From an uncultured delta proteobacterium (GTDB lineage Bacteria; Myxococcota_A; Polyangia; Polyangiales; JAFGIB01): 64,000 nt of DNA. Of the stretch, positions 1-9,560 are shown piece after piece. Position numbers and translations under genes: made by a program. Location of the stretch: the NCBI GenBank assembly GCA_963778655.1, contig CAVZVA010000011.1, forward strand, positions 565,365 to 629,364. Direction: 5' to 3'. The notes beneath the pieces are model-generated. The model saw nothing but the letters and a program-made list of their open reading frames with translations, ran no database searches and had not been told where the DNA came from. Each line of letters opens with the position of its first letter. Position 1 is the first letter of the stretch.

Positions 1-791
1 ACCCGCACCCCTCGGTGGTGCTCGCCCCCGAGCGTGCGCCGACGCCGCTGACCACCATCGCGCGCCGCCGCGAGCTGCTGCTTGCGGCCGGTGCCGACGA
101 GGTCGTGGTCGAGCCGTTCACACGCGAGCTCGCCCGGCTCGAGCCCGAGCAGTACCTGCAGGCGCTGTGCGCGCGCGGCGCGCGCGCGCTGGTGGTGGGA
201 CCGGACTTTCGCTTCGGCCACAAACGCGCCGGCGACGTCGCACTGCTGCGAGCGTTCGGCGCGCGCCACGGGCTCGCCGTGGTGGTCGAGCCCCCGGTGC
301 TGGTCGACGGCGAGCGCGTGTCCTCGAGCGGCGTGCGCGAGGCGATCTCGCAAGGCAAGCTCGCCCACGCCTGCCGGCTGCTGGGCCACGTGCACGAGCT
401 CGAAGGCGCGGTGATCGGCGGCTACCAGCGGGGGCGCGTGCTGGGCTTCCCCACCGCCAACCTCGCCACCGACCCGGTGCTGCACCCGGCCGACGGCGTA
501 TACGCGGTGGTGGTGCGTGCGCTCGACCGCGAGCCGAGCACGCCCTTGCCGGGCATCGCCAATCTCGGGGTGCGCCCCACGGTCGGCGCGGGCCGCTCGG
601 TGGAGGTCCACATCTTCGATTTCGAAGGGGATTTGTATGGCGCGCGGCTACGCGTCGGGTTCGTGAAGCGAATCCGTGCAGAACACAAATTTCCCGATTT
701 GGACGCGCTGCGAGCCCAGATCGCGCTAGATTGCGACACCTCTCGCGTTACATTGGAAGGCGCGGACGCGCACACATGGGCCTGGACCTGA
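1..791 (+). CDS. ribF: Bifunctional riboflavin kinase/FAD synthetase (5' end outside window)
   Basis: Motifs VGPDFRFG, VSSSGVR, GRVLGFPTAN, NLGVRPT, VEVHIFDF..DLYG. Confidence 0.95.
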   Translation, partial: PHPSVVLAPERAPTPLTTIARRRELLLAAGADEVVVEPFTRELARLEPEQYLQALCARGARALVVGPDFRFGHKRAGDVALLRAFGARHGLAVVVEPPVLVDGERVSSSGVREAISQGKLAHACRLLGHVHELEGAVIGGYQRGRVLGFPTANLATDPVLHPADGVYAVVVRALDREPSTPLPGIANLGVRPTVGAGRSVEVHIFDFEGDLYGARLRVGFVKRIRAEHKFPDLDALRAQIALDCDTSRVTLEGADAHTWAWT

Positions 792-1954
792 GCCGAATCG
801 ATGCCTGGACGCGCGAGATGCTCGAGGGCGAGGCTCGCCGGCGCGGCATCCGCTCGCCCGAGTTCCGCACCCGCGGCGATTTGATCCGACTGATCTTGCG
901 CCACCAGTACGGAGACCGCTTCAACGCCGGGCGCGACCGCATCGCCAAGGGCCGGCGCAACCTGGCGCAGGCGCGCGAGCTGTTGGGCGCCGCGGTGGGC
1001 GCCGCGCTGGCGTCGCTGCCGGAGCCGTTCGAGTCGCTGATGCGGCTGCGCCGGCGACCATTGCCCAGGCAACCGCGGCCGGAGGTGCCGTCGCCGCCGC
1101 GCGTGCCGACCGAGCGCGCCACGGCTCCGGCGGAGCCGCGGCAGGGCGCAGACGAGCCGGCCGTTCGCGGCGTCGCGCCCGGAGCTGCGCCGCAACCCGC
1201 GCCGCAACCCGCAATCGACGGGCCGCGCGAGCAGGCGGTCGCGGCCGAAACGGTCACGACCCAGCCACCGGCGCCGCAACCGGCCGAGACGCTCACGACC
1301 CAGCCGCCCGCAGGCGCAGCGGCGCGCCGCAGCGGGCCGACCACCCGGACCTTCGTCGAGGAGCCGATCCGCACCCGCTCGATGGCGCGGCTGCTCGCGG
1401 CGCAGGGCCATCGCGAGCGGGCGCTTGCGATCTACGAGGAGCTGCTGGGACAGAACAGCGAGGATCCGGGGCTACGGGATGAGGCTGCGGCCATGCGTCG
1501 CGGCGAGCCGGTCGAGGATCCGCGGCTCTCAGGGCCCCCGCCCGACGCCATCGCGCGGGCGTCGCTGCCCGTTGGAGGCGACCAGCTGTACTGCGAGGGC
1601 GAGCCCGGCGCCGGGCTCTTGCTGCGCTGGCGGATCACCGAAGAGGGAGAAGGCCGCGCGCGCGCGGTCTTGGGCCGCCAGGGCGAGCTGGCCGTGCGCG
1701 TGATCTGCATCCGCCCCGACCCCGAGCAGGTGGTGCGCTCCGAGGTCACCGAGCACGGGCCGGTGGAGGCCAGCGGTCAGTGGCAGGCGCCCGCGCTGCC
1801 GAGTGCCGTGCGCTGCCTGGCGGCCGTGGGCCTGCGCGATGGCGCGCGCTTCGTGGCCATCGTGCACGACCACCCCGGCGGCAAGCGGACCGAGACGCCG
1901 GCGTCCAGCCCGCCACCAGCGTCGGCGGCATTCGGCGAAGACCGCCCCAACTGA
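776..1954 (+). CDS. Hypothetical protein: Rho_N-like helical N-terminus, Pro-rich linker, TPR-like helix pair, DUF4912-like C-terminus
   Basis: ATG at 776 overlaps the ribF end; segments REMLEGEARRRGI, ARLLAAQGHRERALAIYEELL, AAVGLRDGARFVAIVH. Confidence 0.6.
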   Translation: MGLDLSRIDAWTREMLEGEARRRGIRSPEFRTRGDLIRLILRHQYGDRFNAGRDRIAKGRRNLAQARELLGAAVGAALASLPEPFESLMRLRRRPLPRQPRPEVPSPPRVPTERATAPAEPRQGADEPAVRGVAPGAAPQPAPQPAIDGPREQAVAAETVTTQPPAPQPAETLTTQPPAGAAARRSGPTTRTFVEEPIRTRSMARLLAAQGHRERALAIYEELLGQNSEDPGLRDEAAAMRRGEPVEDPRLSGPPPDAIARASLPVGGDQLYCEGEPGAGLLLRWRITEEGEGRARAVLGRQGELAVRVICIRPDPEQVVRSEVTEHGPVEASGQWQAPALPSAVRCLAAVGLRDGARFVAIVHDHPGGKRTETPASSPPPASAAFGEDRPN

Positions 1955-2200
1955 AGCGCGCGGGCCGGCGGCGCGGGACGGAGCCGAGGGCCGCGCGGGG
2001 AGACGGCCGCGGGGCCGCGCCAGTGGGGAGAGCTGCGGGTGGGGGCCTGCGATTGCGAGCACGGGCACCATCACGACCTACGAGCGCGGGGTACGGGTAC
2101 GGCGACGACTGCGGGCCGGTGAGCAGGAAAGTGGGGCGGGTGACGCAATCGGGGGGGCGGGCGGACGATGACCTGCTCGGAGAGACTCCGAGGAGGCGCT

Positions 2201-2989
2201 GTGAAGAACCTGGTGGCAACGTCCTTGATCTGCGTGGCCCTGGTCGGCCGCGCTCAGGCGCAGGCGGCGCCGCGCTCCGAGGGCGAGAAGGTGGACGCCG
2301 AGCATGGCGCGGCGCCGGAGCGAGACGCGGGCAGCGCTCAGCCGGCAGGCGCGCCCAGCCAAGCCGATATCGACGCAGCGCTCGCGCGCCATGCGCACGA
2401 GCCGAGCGCGCAGCAAGTGGTGCAGGCAGCCCTGCGCGCCACGCCGGCCGGCCGTGCCCGCGCCCTGGCGTCGCGCGCGCGGACGGCGGCCTGGGTGCCG
2501 CGGCTCAGCCTGCGGGTGCGGCGCGGGCAGACGGTCGACCTGACCTCGCCGCAGGCCATCGACCCCACCACCCTGCGCCTGCGCACCAACGACGCGGTCA
2601 CGCTCGAAGCTGCCCTGAGCTTCGATCTCGAACGGGTGATCTTCCGGCGAGAGGAGATCTCGCTGCTGAGCCAGGAGCGGGCCGAGCGGCAGGCGCGGCA
2701 ACGGGTGGCGCGGCAGGTCATCGCGCTGTACTTCGAGCGGCGCCGGCTGCAGCTCGAGCGGGACCTGGGTACGCCGGCCGATCCGGCGCGCAGCGTGCGC
2801 ATCGCGGAAATCGACGCGCTGCTGGATGCCTTTACGAACGGCGCGTTCCGACGCATGATCGCCCGACATCGATGGACAACCGGCGCAAGCACACCCGCTT
2901 CGACGTCGCGCTCAACGCCGAAATCGAGCTCCGCGGCGAGACCTGCACCGGCGAGACCCGAGACCTCTCTCAAGGAGGGGTGGCGGTGA
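2201..2989 (+). CDS. Exported hypothetical protein (helical, outer-membrane-efflux-like segment)
   Basis: GTG at 2201 after AGGAGG; signal-peptide-like N-terminus; VIALYFERRRLQLE helix. Confidence 0.6.
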   Translation: MKNLVATSLICVALVGRAQAQAAPRSEGEKVDAEHGAAPERDAGSAQPAGAPSQADIDAALARHAHEPSAQQVVQAALRATPAGRARALASRARTAAWVPRLSLRVRRGQTVDLTSPQAIDPTTLRLRTNDAVTLEAALSFDLERVIFRREEISLLSQERAERQARQRVARQVIALYFERRRLQLERDLGTPADPARSVRIAEIDALLDAFTNGAFRRMIARHRWTTGASTPASTSRSTPKSSSAARPAPARPETSLKEGWR

Positions 2990-3210
2990 TTCTGGACGAG
3001 GCGCTCGACGAAGGCGGGACGGTGCAGCTGGCTCTGATCTTGACCCAGGACGGCATCGAGGATCCGAGCGAAGAGCCGTTCGAGGTTCAGGCCACGGTGA
3101 TCTGGGCGGCGCCGACCGAAGACGGACGCGCGATGATGGGGCTGCGCTTCGGCGCGCTCTTGCCCGAGCAGCAGAGCAAGCTGCAGCGCTTTCTCACCGC
3201 GCTGGGTTGA
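2872..3210 (+). CDS. PilZ domain protein
   Basis: RRKHTRF (RxxxR), DLSQGG (DxSxxG), VIW..MGLRF. Confidence 0.9.
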   Translation: MDNRRKHTRFDVALNAEIELRGETCTGETRDLSQGGVAVILDEALDEGGTVQLALILTQDGIEDPSEEPFEVQATVIWAAPTEDGRAMMGLRFGALLPEQQSKLQRFLTALG

Positions 3211-5083
3211 GCGGCTGCCGGCGCACGCCGGGGGCGCGCGCGAGCTGCCCGCCCGCACGCACGGCGGTCACCAGCGCGAACACCAGCAGGCTCGCGCCGA
3301 GCGCGCGGCCCAGCGCCAGCTCGAGCACGGCGTCGGGCTCGAGCCAGAGCCACAGCCAGGTGAGCGCGATGCTGGCGGCGCAGGCGAGCGCGACCGCGCG
3401 CCGGGACAGCCGCTCGCCCCAGCCCAGGCGTCGGCCGAGCGCGAGCAGCCACGCGAACAGCCACGCCTTGAGCACGAAGCACACCGCGCCGAGCAGGCGC
3501 GGGTCCACGCCCGGCAGCTCGAGCGGGCTCTGCCAGCCGCCCGCGAACACCGCGGCGCCGAACGCGCTCAGCACCACGTGGGTCAGCACGCGCTCGGCCA
3601 CTCGCAGCCGCGTCGTGATCCGCGTGGCCCATGGCTGGCGGCGCGCGCGCCGGCCCGATGCGTTCGCGCGCCGCGCTGCGGGCACGACGGCGCGCGGCTG
3701 CGACGCGGGCAGCGAGCCGCCGTCTCGTGCCGCTTCCACGGCGCCCGGGTCCGGCGGGTGGGCCTCGAGCGCGAGCGCGGTCGCGGACAGGCGGCCCGCG
3801 TAAACCAGGTAGAGCGGAAACGCCACCAACAAGGCGGGCTTTTGCAGCACGGCCCAGGCGTAGGGCCAGGCACCCTGCCCTTCCACCATGCCATCGAAAG
3901 AGCGCGTGCCGTACAGCGCGCAGGCGCACGCAACCAGCACGCCCAGCACCAGCACGTTGCCGGCGATGCCGAGCGCGGCGCGCGCGCGCTGCGCGCGACC
4001 GCCGCGGCCACTGGTGAGCGCGAGCGCGATGCTGAGCGCGGCAAAGCCGAGGTAGAGCGAGAGCGAGCGCACCGCGAGCAGCCCTGCCGGCTCGCGCCAG
4101 ATCAGCACCACGCCGCCCGCGCTGAAGGCGCACGGCCACAGCAGCGCGCGCGCGCGAGCCAGCAGCGACGCACGCCGCAGCCGCGGCGCGCCCCACAGGC
4201 CGAGCGCGGGCGGCGGCCCGTGCCGCAGGGTCAGCACTGCCCGCGCGAGCCAGGGCGCCGGCGAAGGCACGGGCGAGAGCAGCAGCACGCAGCACAGCAG
4301 CCAGGCGACCAGCGCGCTCAGTCGCGACAAGTCGACGCCGACCTCGGGTGCGAACAGACCTTGCAGCGGAAGCGACAACGCGAGCGGCTCGGGCCGGCCC
4401 GGACGGCGTATCCGCAGCGATAGGTGGCGCGCCCCGGGGGCCGGCGCGAGGTCGGCGAGCGAGCGCACGCTGGCACCGCCCGCGCGCTCGATCACGTCGC
4501 CGGCACGCAGGCCGAGCGAGGCGGCGCGGCTGTGCGCGCTCGCCGCGCCCACCACCAGCCCCCAGCCGGTCGGTTCCTCGTCGGCTACGGCGATGCCGGT
4601 GAGCTCGAGCAGGCGCCGCGCGTGCTCGCGTAGCTGTTGCTCGGCCGCAGCCGAGGGCCAGGGCTCGATCGCCGGCACCAGCTCCAGGCGCAGGTGGCGC
4701 GCGCCGGTGACGTAGCCTTGGCCCCGCCGCACCGGAAACGCCAACACCAGCTCGCCCTCGAAGCTGCCGCGCTCGCCCAGCGCGCCGAACGCCTGCTCGT
4801 CGAACGTCGCGGCCGCCAGCTCGCCGGAGAGCGCCCGGCCGCGCAGCGTCGCGGCGACTGCGCGCGGGTTGCGCCCCGGGCCGTAGCTCGTGCCGCGCAG
4901 ACGCAGCTCGCACGGCGCGCCCGGCGGAAAGCCGCTGCCGCTCACGCGCAGCGCCGCCCCCGACGCGAGCGTGGCCGGTTCCACCGCGTGCAGCTCGAGC
5001 CACGCCGCTTCCGGCTGCGCGCCGCAGCCGGCAAGCGCCGTACAGAGCGAGCAGGCGAAAGCCCACGCTGCCAGCCGTCGCAT
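3194..5083 (-). CDS. Lipoprotein with PDZ-like domain and degenerate NuoH/ND1-like membrane domain
   Basis: Lipobox ALAGC; SRAASLGLRAGDVIERAGG (PDZ); SFDGMVEGQG..W, AVFAGGWQSP, FVLKAWLF resemble NuoH. Confidence 0.65.
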   Translation of the reverse strand: MRRLAAWAFACSLCTALAGCGAQPEAAWLELHAVEPATLASGAALRVSGSGFPPGAPCELRLRGTSYGPGRNPRAVAATLRGRALSGELAAATFDEQAFGALGERGSFEGELVLAFPVRRGQGYVTGARHLRLELVPAIEPWPSAAAEQQLREHARRLLELTGIAVADEEPTGWGLVVGAASAHSRAASLGLRAGDVIERAGGASVRSLADLAPAPGARHLSLRIRRPGRPEPLALSLPLQGLFAPEVGVDLSRLSALVAWLLCCVLLLSPVPSPAPWLARAVLTLRHGPPPALGLWGAPRLRRASLLARARALLWPCAFSAGGVVLIWREPAGLLAVRSLSLYLGFAALSIALALTSGRGGRAQRARAALGIAGNVLVLGVLVACACALYGTRSFDGMVEGQGAWPYAWAVLQKPALLVAFPLYLVYAGRLSATALALEAHPPDPGAVEAARDGGSLPASQPRAVVPAARRANASGRRARRQPWATRITTRLRVAERVLTHVVLSAFGAAVFAGGWQSPLELPGVDPRLLGAVCFVLKAWLFAWLLALGRRLGWGERLSRRAVALACAASIALTWLWLWLEPDAVLELALGRALGASLLVFALVTAVRAGGQLARAPGVRRQPLNPAR

Positions 5084-5185
5084 CCGGCAAAGAGTGCGGT
5101 TGGCCGCCGCCAGCGTCCAGAATTGGGCGCCCCAGGCCTTTCCGTTGCCACTCCCTGCAAAGCGTTGTATGACCCCGAGCCCTCC

Positions 5186-5258
5186 GGGGCCGTAGCTCAG
5201 CTGGGAGAGCGCTACACTGGCAGTGTAGAGGTCAGGGGTTCGATCCCCCTCGGCTCCA
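5186..5258 (+). tRNA. tRNA-Ala (GGC), CCA not encoded
   Basis: GGGGCCG/CGGCTCC acceptor stem with G3:U70, anticodon arm CTACA-CTGGCAG-TGTAG, GGTTCGATCC T-arm. Confidence 0.97.
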
Positions 5259-5309
5259 CGAAGGATTTCATAGGGTTAGGCGTGGGTCGGGCGTGCAGGG
5301 CCGGGAGCG

Positions 5310-5329
5310 TGGGACCCAATATGGGACCC
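5310..5329 (+). repeat. TGGGACCC direct repeat (x2, 12-bp period), possible integrase arm-type sites
   Basis: tgggaccc-aata-tgggaccc about 50 bp downstream of the tRNA. Confidence 0.4.
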
Positions 5330-5398
5330 TGAATCCCCGCAAGGCGCGCGGTTGACCAGAGCCGACCACTGCGCCCTGCGGCAGCAACGAGGCGGGCC

Positions 5399-5989
5399 TC
5401 ACGGAGTGGAGGTCGGTTCCGGTGCCGGTGCTGGCGCGCGGTCGGGGTCCACGCAGCGCCCCTCATGGCAGATCCGATCGCCCTTGCACTGCGTGTCGTA
5501 CTGGCAGCCAAGCGGCGCGGAGGTCGGCTGCGGCTCGGCGTTGGGCGTGGCCGCTTGGGGAGCGTGGCCCGCGGCAGGCGATGCGGTGGGCGGCGGGGTT
5601 GGCTTTGCTGCGGTCGAAGGCCCCGGCTTGTCGCCCCGGACCCGAGCAGCCTCTCGCTCGTCGGCTGCGTCCAACGCCTTTGCACACTCCGACGTCTTGC
5701 TGAAGCCGTAGGCGGATGAGGCAAGGAACATGGCGCCCCCAATGAGATCTGCAGCACCGACGATCTTGCCTGTTCTGCTCTTCCATGTAGATAGCGCGAC
5801 TGCGCCTCCCACGAGACCACCGAGCCCCCACAGAAGGTCAAGCCCCGGTGCGATCTTGTTGCTCGTGCACCGGAAGTGCGGCACGTCCCGGTAGTTCGGC
5901 GGCAGCGTCCGCACCGTCGCCACCGAGCAACCCGTACTCAGGCTCAAGGCCGCGCATACGACCACCACGACAGCGCGGCGCACTTGCAT
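5399..5989 (-). CDS. Hypothetical lipoprotein/membrane protein with Cys-rich C-terminal motif
   Basis: LSTGC lipobox, two TM segments, CQYDTQCKGDRICHEGRC. Confidence 0.7.
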   Translation of the reverse strand: MQVRRAVVVVVCAALSLSTGCSVATVRTLPPNYRDVPHFRCTSNKIAPGLDLLWGLGGLVGGAVALSTWKSRTGKIVGAADLIGGAMFLASSAYGFSKTSECAKALDAADEREAARVRGDKPGPSTAAKPTPPPTASPAAGHAPQAATPNAEPQPTSAPLGCQYDTQCKGDRICHEGRCVDPDRAPAPAPEPTSTP

Positions 5990-6223
5990 CGCTGCCCTAT
6001 CGCCCAGGGACACTGCGCCCAAGAGAACGGTCCTCGCAGTGCGAAGTGCGCCTATGCGGACCCCCTTTCGCCACTTAGTCTATCGCACCTGCCCGCCAAG
6101 CGCGGTGAGCCGCATCGCTCGCGCGTTTCTGGAGGGGGGGAGGGGCCCAGCGCGTGACATCTGACCGCTCCGATTCCCACAGCGCACAACGAGACTTCGA
6201 GCCAACCGCGCGCCGTCTAGGAT

Positions 6224-6700
6224 CTAGGGGGTGGTGACCGCATCGACCTCAAGGACCCAGACGCCGTCCGCGTGAACTTCCAGGTAATACGCACCGGCCC
6301 GAGGGTAGAACGTCTGGCCATCGCCATCGCCGTCTTGGCCGGCGATCATCTCCGAGCCCGATTCGTCTGCGGGATGCAAGCTGAACCACGAGGGACCGCC
6401 GTTGGACTGGGCAATGCTCCAACGCAGCTCCCATGGTCCACTCGCCACAAAGGGGCGCGTCGACCGGCTCCCTTGGCCCTCCACGTGCATGATGGACTGT
6501 TGCGATCCGGCGGCGACCGAGCCTTGCCGTTCGGCAGCGTCTTCGCGCGAGCAGGCTTGATTCATCTGTACAGCGTTCCTGAGCTGCTCTCGGATAAGGG
6601 CATTCTGCTTCTGAAGGGCGTCGAGGGCCTGCTTGAGATTGTCGATCCGCGCTTGCTTGATCTGAACCTCTTCCGCCGAGTAGTCTGCGCGATCGAAATA
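6224..6700 (-). pseudogene. 5'-truncated hypothetical gene (coiled coil + beta-sandwich)
   Basis: Protein-like C-terminal half (GPWELRWS..GAYYLEVHADGVWVLEV) without a clear start. Confidence 0.45.
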
Positions 6701-6763
6701 CGCGAGGGGAAACCGGGCCGTTCTGAGCACGGTTGGCGAGGGGCTGCATTTGCTTGCCCTCGC

Positions 6764-7684
6764 TGAGCGTGATCGAGATCCGCGGCTTGTCCGTGCAAGC
6801 TGGGAATCGACACGTTCTGGGAGGCAACCGCCATGACGATGAGCCTGCTGTCTGATCCTCGCCTGCACGAGCTGCTTGAACGAATTGATCGGGAACTGGC
6901 CCAAGAGGTCCAGAGCCAAGGCTGCCCTCAATGCGGTGGGCGGCTTCACGGTGCCGCGTACCCTCGGTTCGCTCGAGGAGTTCCAGCAAACATGCGAGGG
7001 GAGCCTCTGCGGCGGCTGAGTTTCTGCTGTGACCGGGAAGGCTGTCGTCGAAGGGCAACACCCGCGTCCGTGCGCTTCCTGGGCCGACGCACGTATCTGA
7101 GCGCCGTGGTCGTGCTGGTCAGCGCCATGCACCACGGGCTTACGGGGGACCGCTACGGCAAGCTCAGGGCGTTGCTGGGCGTGGGACGCCGGACGGTGCA
7201 ACGCTGGCGCCGCTGGTGGCACGACACGTTCGCGAGGAGCTCATTCTGGCACATCGAGCGGGCCACCTTCATGCCACCTCCTCGCCACGAGGGGCTTCCT
7301 CGCGAGCTTCTGGAGAGCTTTCGCAGTGACGACGCGATGACCCGGCTGGTAGCACTGCTGCGTTGCATTGCCCCCATCACCGTGCCGTCGGAGCACGATC
7401 TTCGAAGGCCCATCAGGTCCCGCAGAGGATGACTCTGATCACGTTGTTGGAGGGCAACGCCTCAACCCACGCGCCGCACTGACGCCGTTTCCGAAGACTT
7501 TACCTACGGGCTGGACCGGCGGTGCGTCCGGCCCGGGGGGCGGGGTGCGCCCTCGCGAACGGCCTCCAGCAAGCAGCCAGATCTCGACTCCGAAGGTCTG
7601 CCGTGCTTTCGATTTCCGCAATTTCCGAAATCGGTCCCTCGATTATCGTGACCAGCTGGCCCTCGATTTTCGTGATTGCGCTCA
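6764..7684 (+). mobile_element. Putative non-autonomous TG..CA element carrying only a Zn-finger accessory gene
   Basis: Ends TGAGCGTGATC / GATTGCGCTCA (9/11 inverted match), CGC on both flanks, internal CCCTCGATT(A/T)TCGTGA x2 at 7636 and 7660. Confidence 0.5.
6833..7432 (+). CDS. Zn-ribbon/HTH protein of the type found upstream of DDE transposase + ExeA-like ATPase elements
   Basis: CPQCGGRLH..YPR, RLSFCC..GCRRRATPASVRFLGRR, RTVQRWRRWW. Confidence 0.75.
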   Translation: MTMSLLSDPRLHELLERIDRELAQEVQSQGCPQCGGRLHGAAYPRFARGVPANMRGEPLRRLSFCCDREGCRRRATPASVRFLGRRTYLSAVVVLVSAMHHGLTGDRYGKLRALLGVGRRTVQRWRRWWHDTFARSSFWHIERATFMPPPRHEGLPRELLESFRSDDAMTRLVALLRCIAPITVPSEHDLRRPIRSRRG

Positions 7685-7838
7685 CGCGCTCGCGGCTTGC
7701 TCGACGGGCGGAACGAACGCTTCGGATGCCTCCGATGGCGGACGATCCTCGGCGGCGAACGCGGGAGGCGACGACCTGGCTGCGTTCGTCGCGCTGGTGA
7801 CGCTGACCAAGCTCGATCCTGTCCCGCACACTGGGCCA

Positions 7839-8162
7839 TCACGTTCTCCGAACATCCTTCAGCCGCTCCAAGGTGCTCTCGAGAGATCTCTTCAACTTGT
7901 CAGCCGCGCCATCTACCGCCTCGTCCAGGCTCGCAGCTTGGTGCGTGACGGCGGTGGGCTGGCGACCCTCGAGGCGAACCTCCATCATGCAGCGTTTGTC
8001 GTCTTGGCCGCTCTTGTCGCCGTTCTGGTCGCTAAGGTGGACTTCTACCCGTGTGATGTGATCGCTGAATCGGCTTAGGGCGCTCTCCACCACGCCCTTG
8101 ACGTGCATGGCGAGCTCCTCGCGCCCTTCGATGTTGTGGTCTGTATTGATCTGGATGTGCAT
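7839..8162 (-). CDS. HPF/RaiA family ribosome-associated protein (short)
   Basis: MHIQINTD..ITRVEVHLSD..DKRCMMEVRL..AVDGAADKLKRSL. Confidence 0.9.
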   Translation of the reverse strand: MHIQINTDHNIEGREELAMHVKGVVESALSRFSDHITRVEVHLSDQNGDKSGQDDKRCMMEVRLEGRQPTAVTHQAASLDEAVDGAADKLKRSLESTLERLKDVRRT

Positions 8163-8190
8163 CCCGTTCTCCTCGGTGATCCGTGTCTAC

Positions 8191-9360
8191 TCAGTATCGA
8201 TAGATCGCGGCCAGCCCCGTGCGCGATGGCATCCCCTCAGCGGGAACCACCAGCACCGTTCCGCCCTTCTTCGCGACCAGCTCGCCCAGGTCGTCGAGCA
8301 GGTCATCGTTTTGCGGGTCGCTCAGGTCGGCGAGCTCGACCCGACCTGTGGCGCTGTCGAGCCGGCCGCCGATCTGGCGATCGGCATCGATCAGCAGCGT
8401 CTCGACCCGGCCGGAGGTGGAGGCCTCTGCGACTTGCGACAGGTCGTCACTTCCGATGCTCTTGGAGCGGGCTTGCTCGAACTCTTCGCGTAGGGATGCC
8501 AGCCGCGCTTGATATCGAGGCTCGACGGCCTGCCAGGCGAGCGCGCGGAGCTCGTCGGCCGGCAGGGAATCGGGGTTGAATCTAACACCCTCGTCGAGGA
8601 GAAGGGGGTTCTGGCTGACCTGGTGAAAAAGGTGATGGTGTTCCGGCAACGCCGCCAGGATCAGTGCAAGGCCAGAGGGCTTGGTGTAGTGCTCGAGAAC
8701 CGCGCGATCGACGGCGCGGAAGAACCGCTCCGCGTCGACGTCTGCCTCGTCTGCCTTCCCGCCGTGGCCGTGGTGCATTCGGTTGCTTGCCCCGCCGACG
8801 CCTCCGTAGGAGGCGACGGTCTGGTGCGGTTCAGTCAGCTCCCCGCCCAGCGCGTCAGCGATTGTCCGCGGGACCCCTGGAACCAGATCGAGCTCATCAA
8901 GCGCGTGTCGGTTGCCCTCGAACAACCGAATCTTGTCGAGGCTCAGTCCGAGGACTTGGTAGCGATCGACCGACTGTAGGAAGCGCCGCAGAGGCTTGGT
9001 GTGGAAGCTGTCGGCAACCACGGCCAATTCGGCGACCGACTGCGGAATCCTCAGGGCCCGAAAGATGCCGTGCCCGCCCAGAACGGCCAAGCCATCGAGG
9101 GTGTGGTTCCAGAACTCGGCTTCGTGTGCGAGGGCCTCGAAGGGTTGCAGCAACAGCTGCGTCTCCGCGCTCGGATACTTCTGGCGGAGCGATGCTTCCA
9201 GTTCTTTCACGAGGTTCCGAAACCGGATCGGATCCTGTTGGTTCTCTGGATGCCGCCGGTGAGTCGGCTGGTACAGCGAGAGACACGGCGGTTCGTGGTT
9301 GGACGAAAATCCGGCAAGCACTTCATTCGTAAGTCCGATCGTCGTGGGTCTTTTGATCAT
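8191..9360 (-). CDS. Bacterial archaeo-eukaryotic release factor-like protein (baeRF3-like)
   Basis: PCLSLYQPTHR..DPIRFRNLVKE, FHTKPL, RFFRAVDRAV, GRVETLL, DDLLDDLGELV..GLAAIYRY. Confidence 0.85.
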   Translation of the reverse strand: MIKRPTTIGLTNEVLAGFSSNHEPPCLSLYQPTHRRHPENQQDPIRFRNLVKELEASLRQKYPSAETQLLLQPFEALAHEAEFWNHTLDGLAVLGGHGIFRALRIPQSVAELAVVADSFHTKPLRRFLQSVDRYQVLGLSLDKIRLFEGNRHALDELDLVPGVPRTIADALGGELTEPHQTVASYGGVGGASNRMHHGHGGKADEADVDAERFFRAVDRAVLEHYTKPSGLALILAALPEHHHLFHQVSQNPLLLDEGVRFNPDSLPADELRALAWQAVEPRYQARLASLREEFEQARSKSIGSDDLSQVAEASTSGRVETLLIDADRQIGGRLDSATGRVELADLSDPQNDDLLDDLGELVAKKGGTVLVVPAEGMPSRTGLAAIYRY

Positions 9361-9371
9361 GAGTCTCTCCG

Positions 9372-9560
9372 TTACACGTGTGCACGCCGCAATCGGAGCG
9401 CATCCCCAATGACCGACACCGAGCTGAAGCGCGTCGCGGCTGCGGCGACCATAGGGGACAAAAGCAGTCCGAAGAACGGGTAGACAACCCCGCCGGCGGT
9501 CGGAACACCCGCCGCGTTGTAGAGGAACGCAAAGAACAAATTCTGCTTGATGTTGCGCAT
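9372..9560 (-). pseudogene. C-terminal fragment of heavy-metal (Cu) P1B ATPase
   Basis: [42 protein letters not shown]. Confidence 0.85.
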
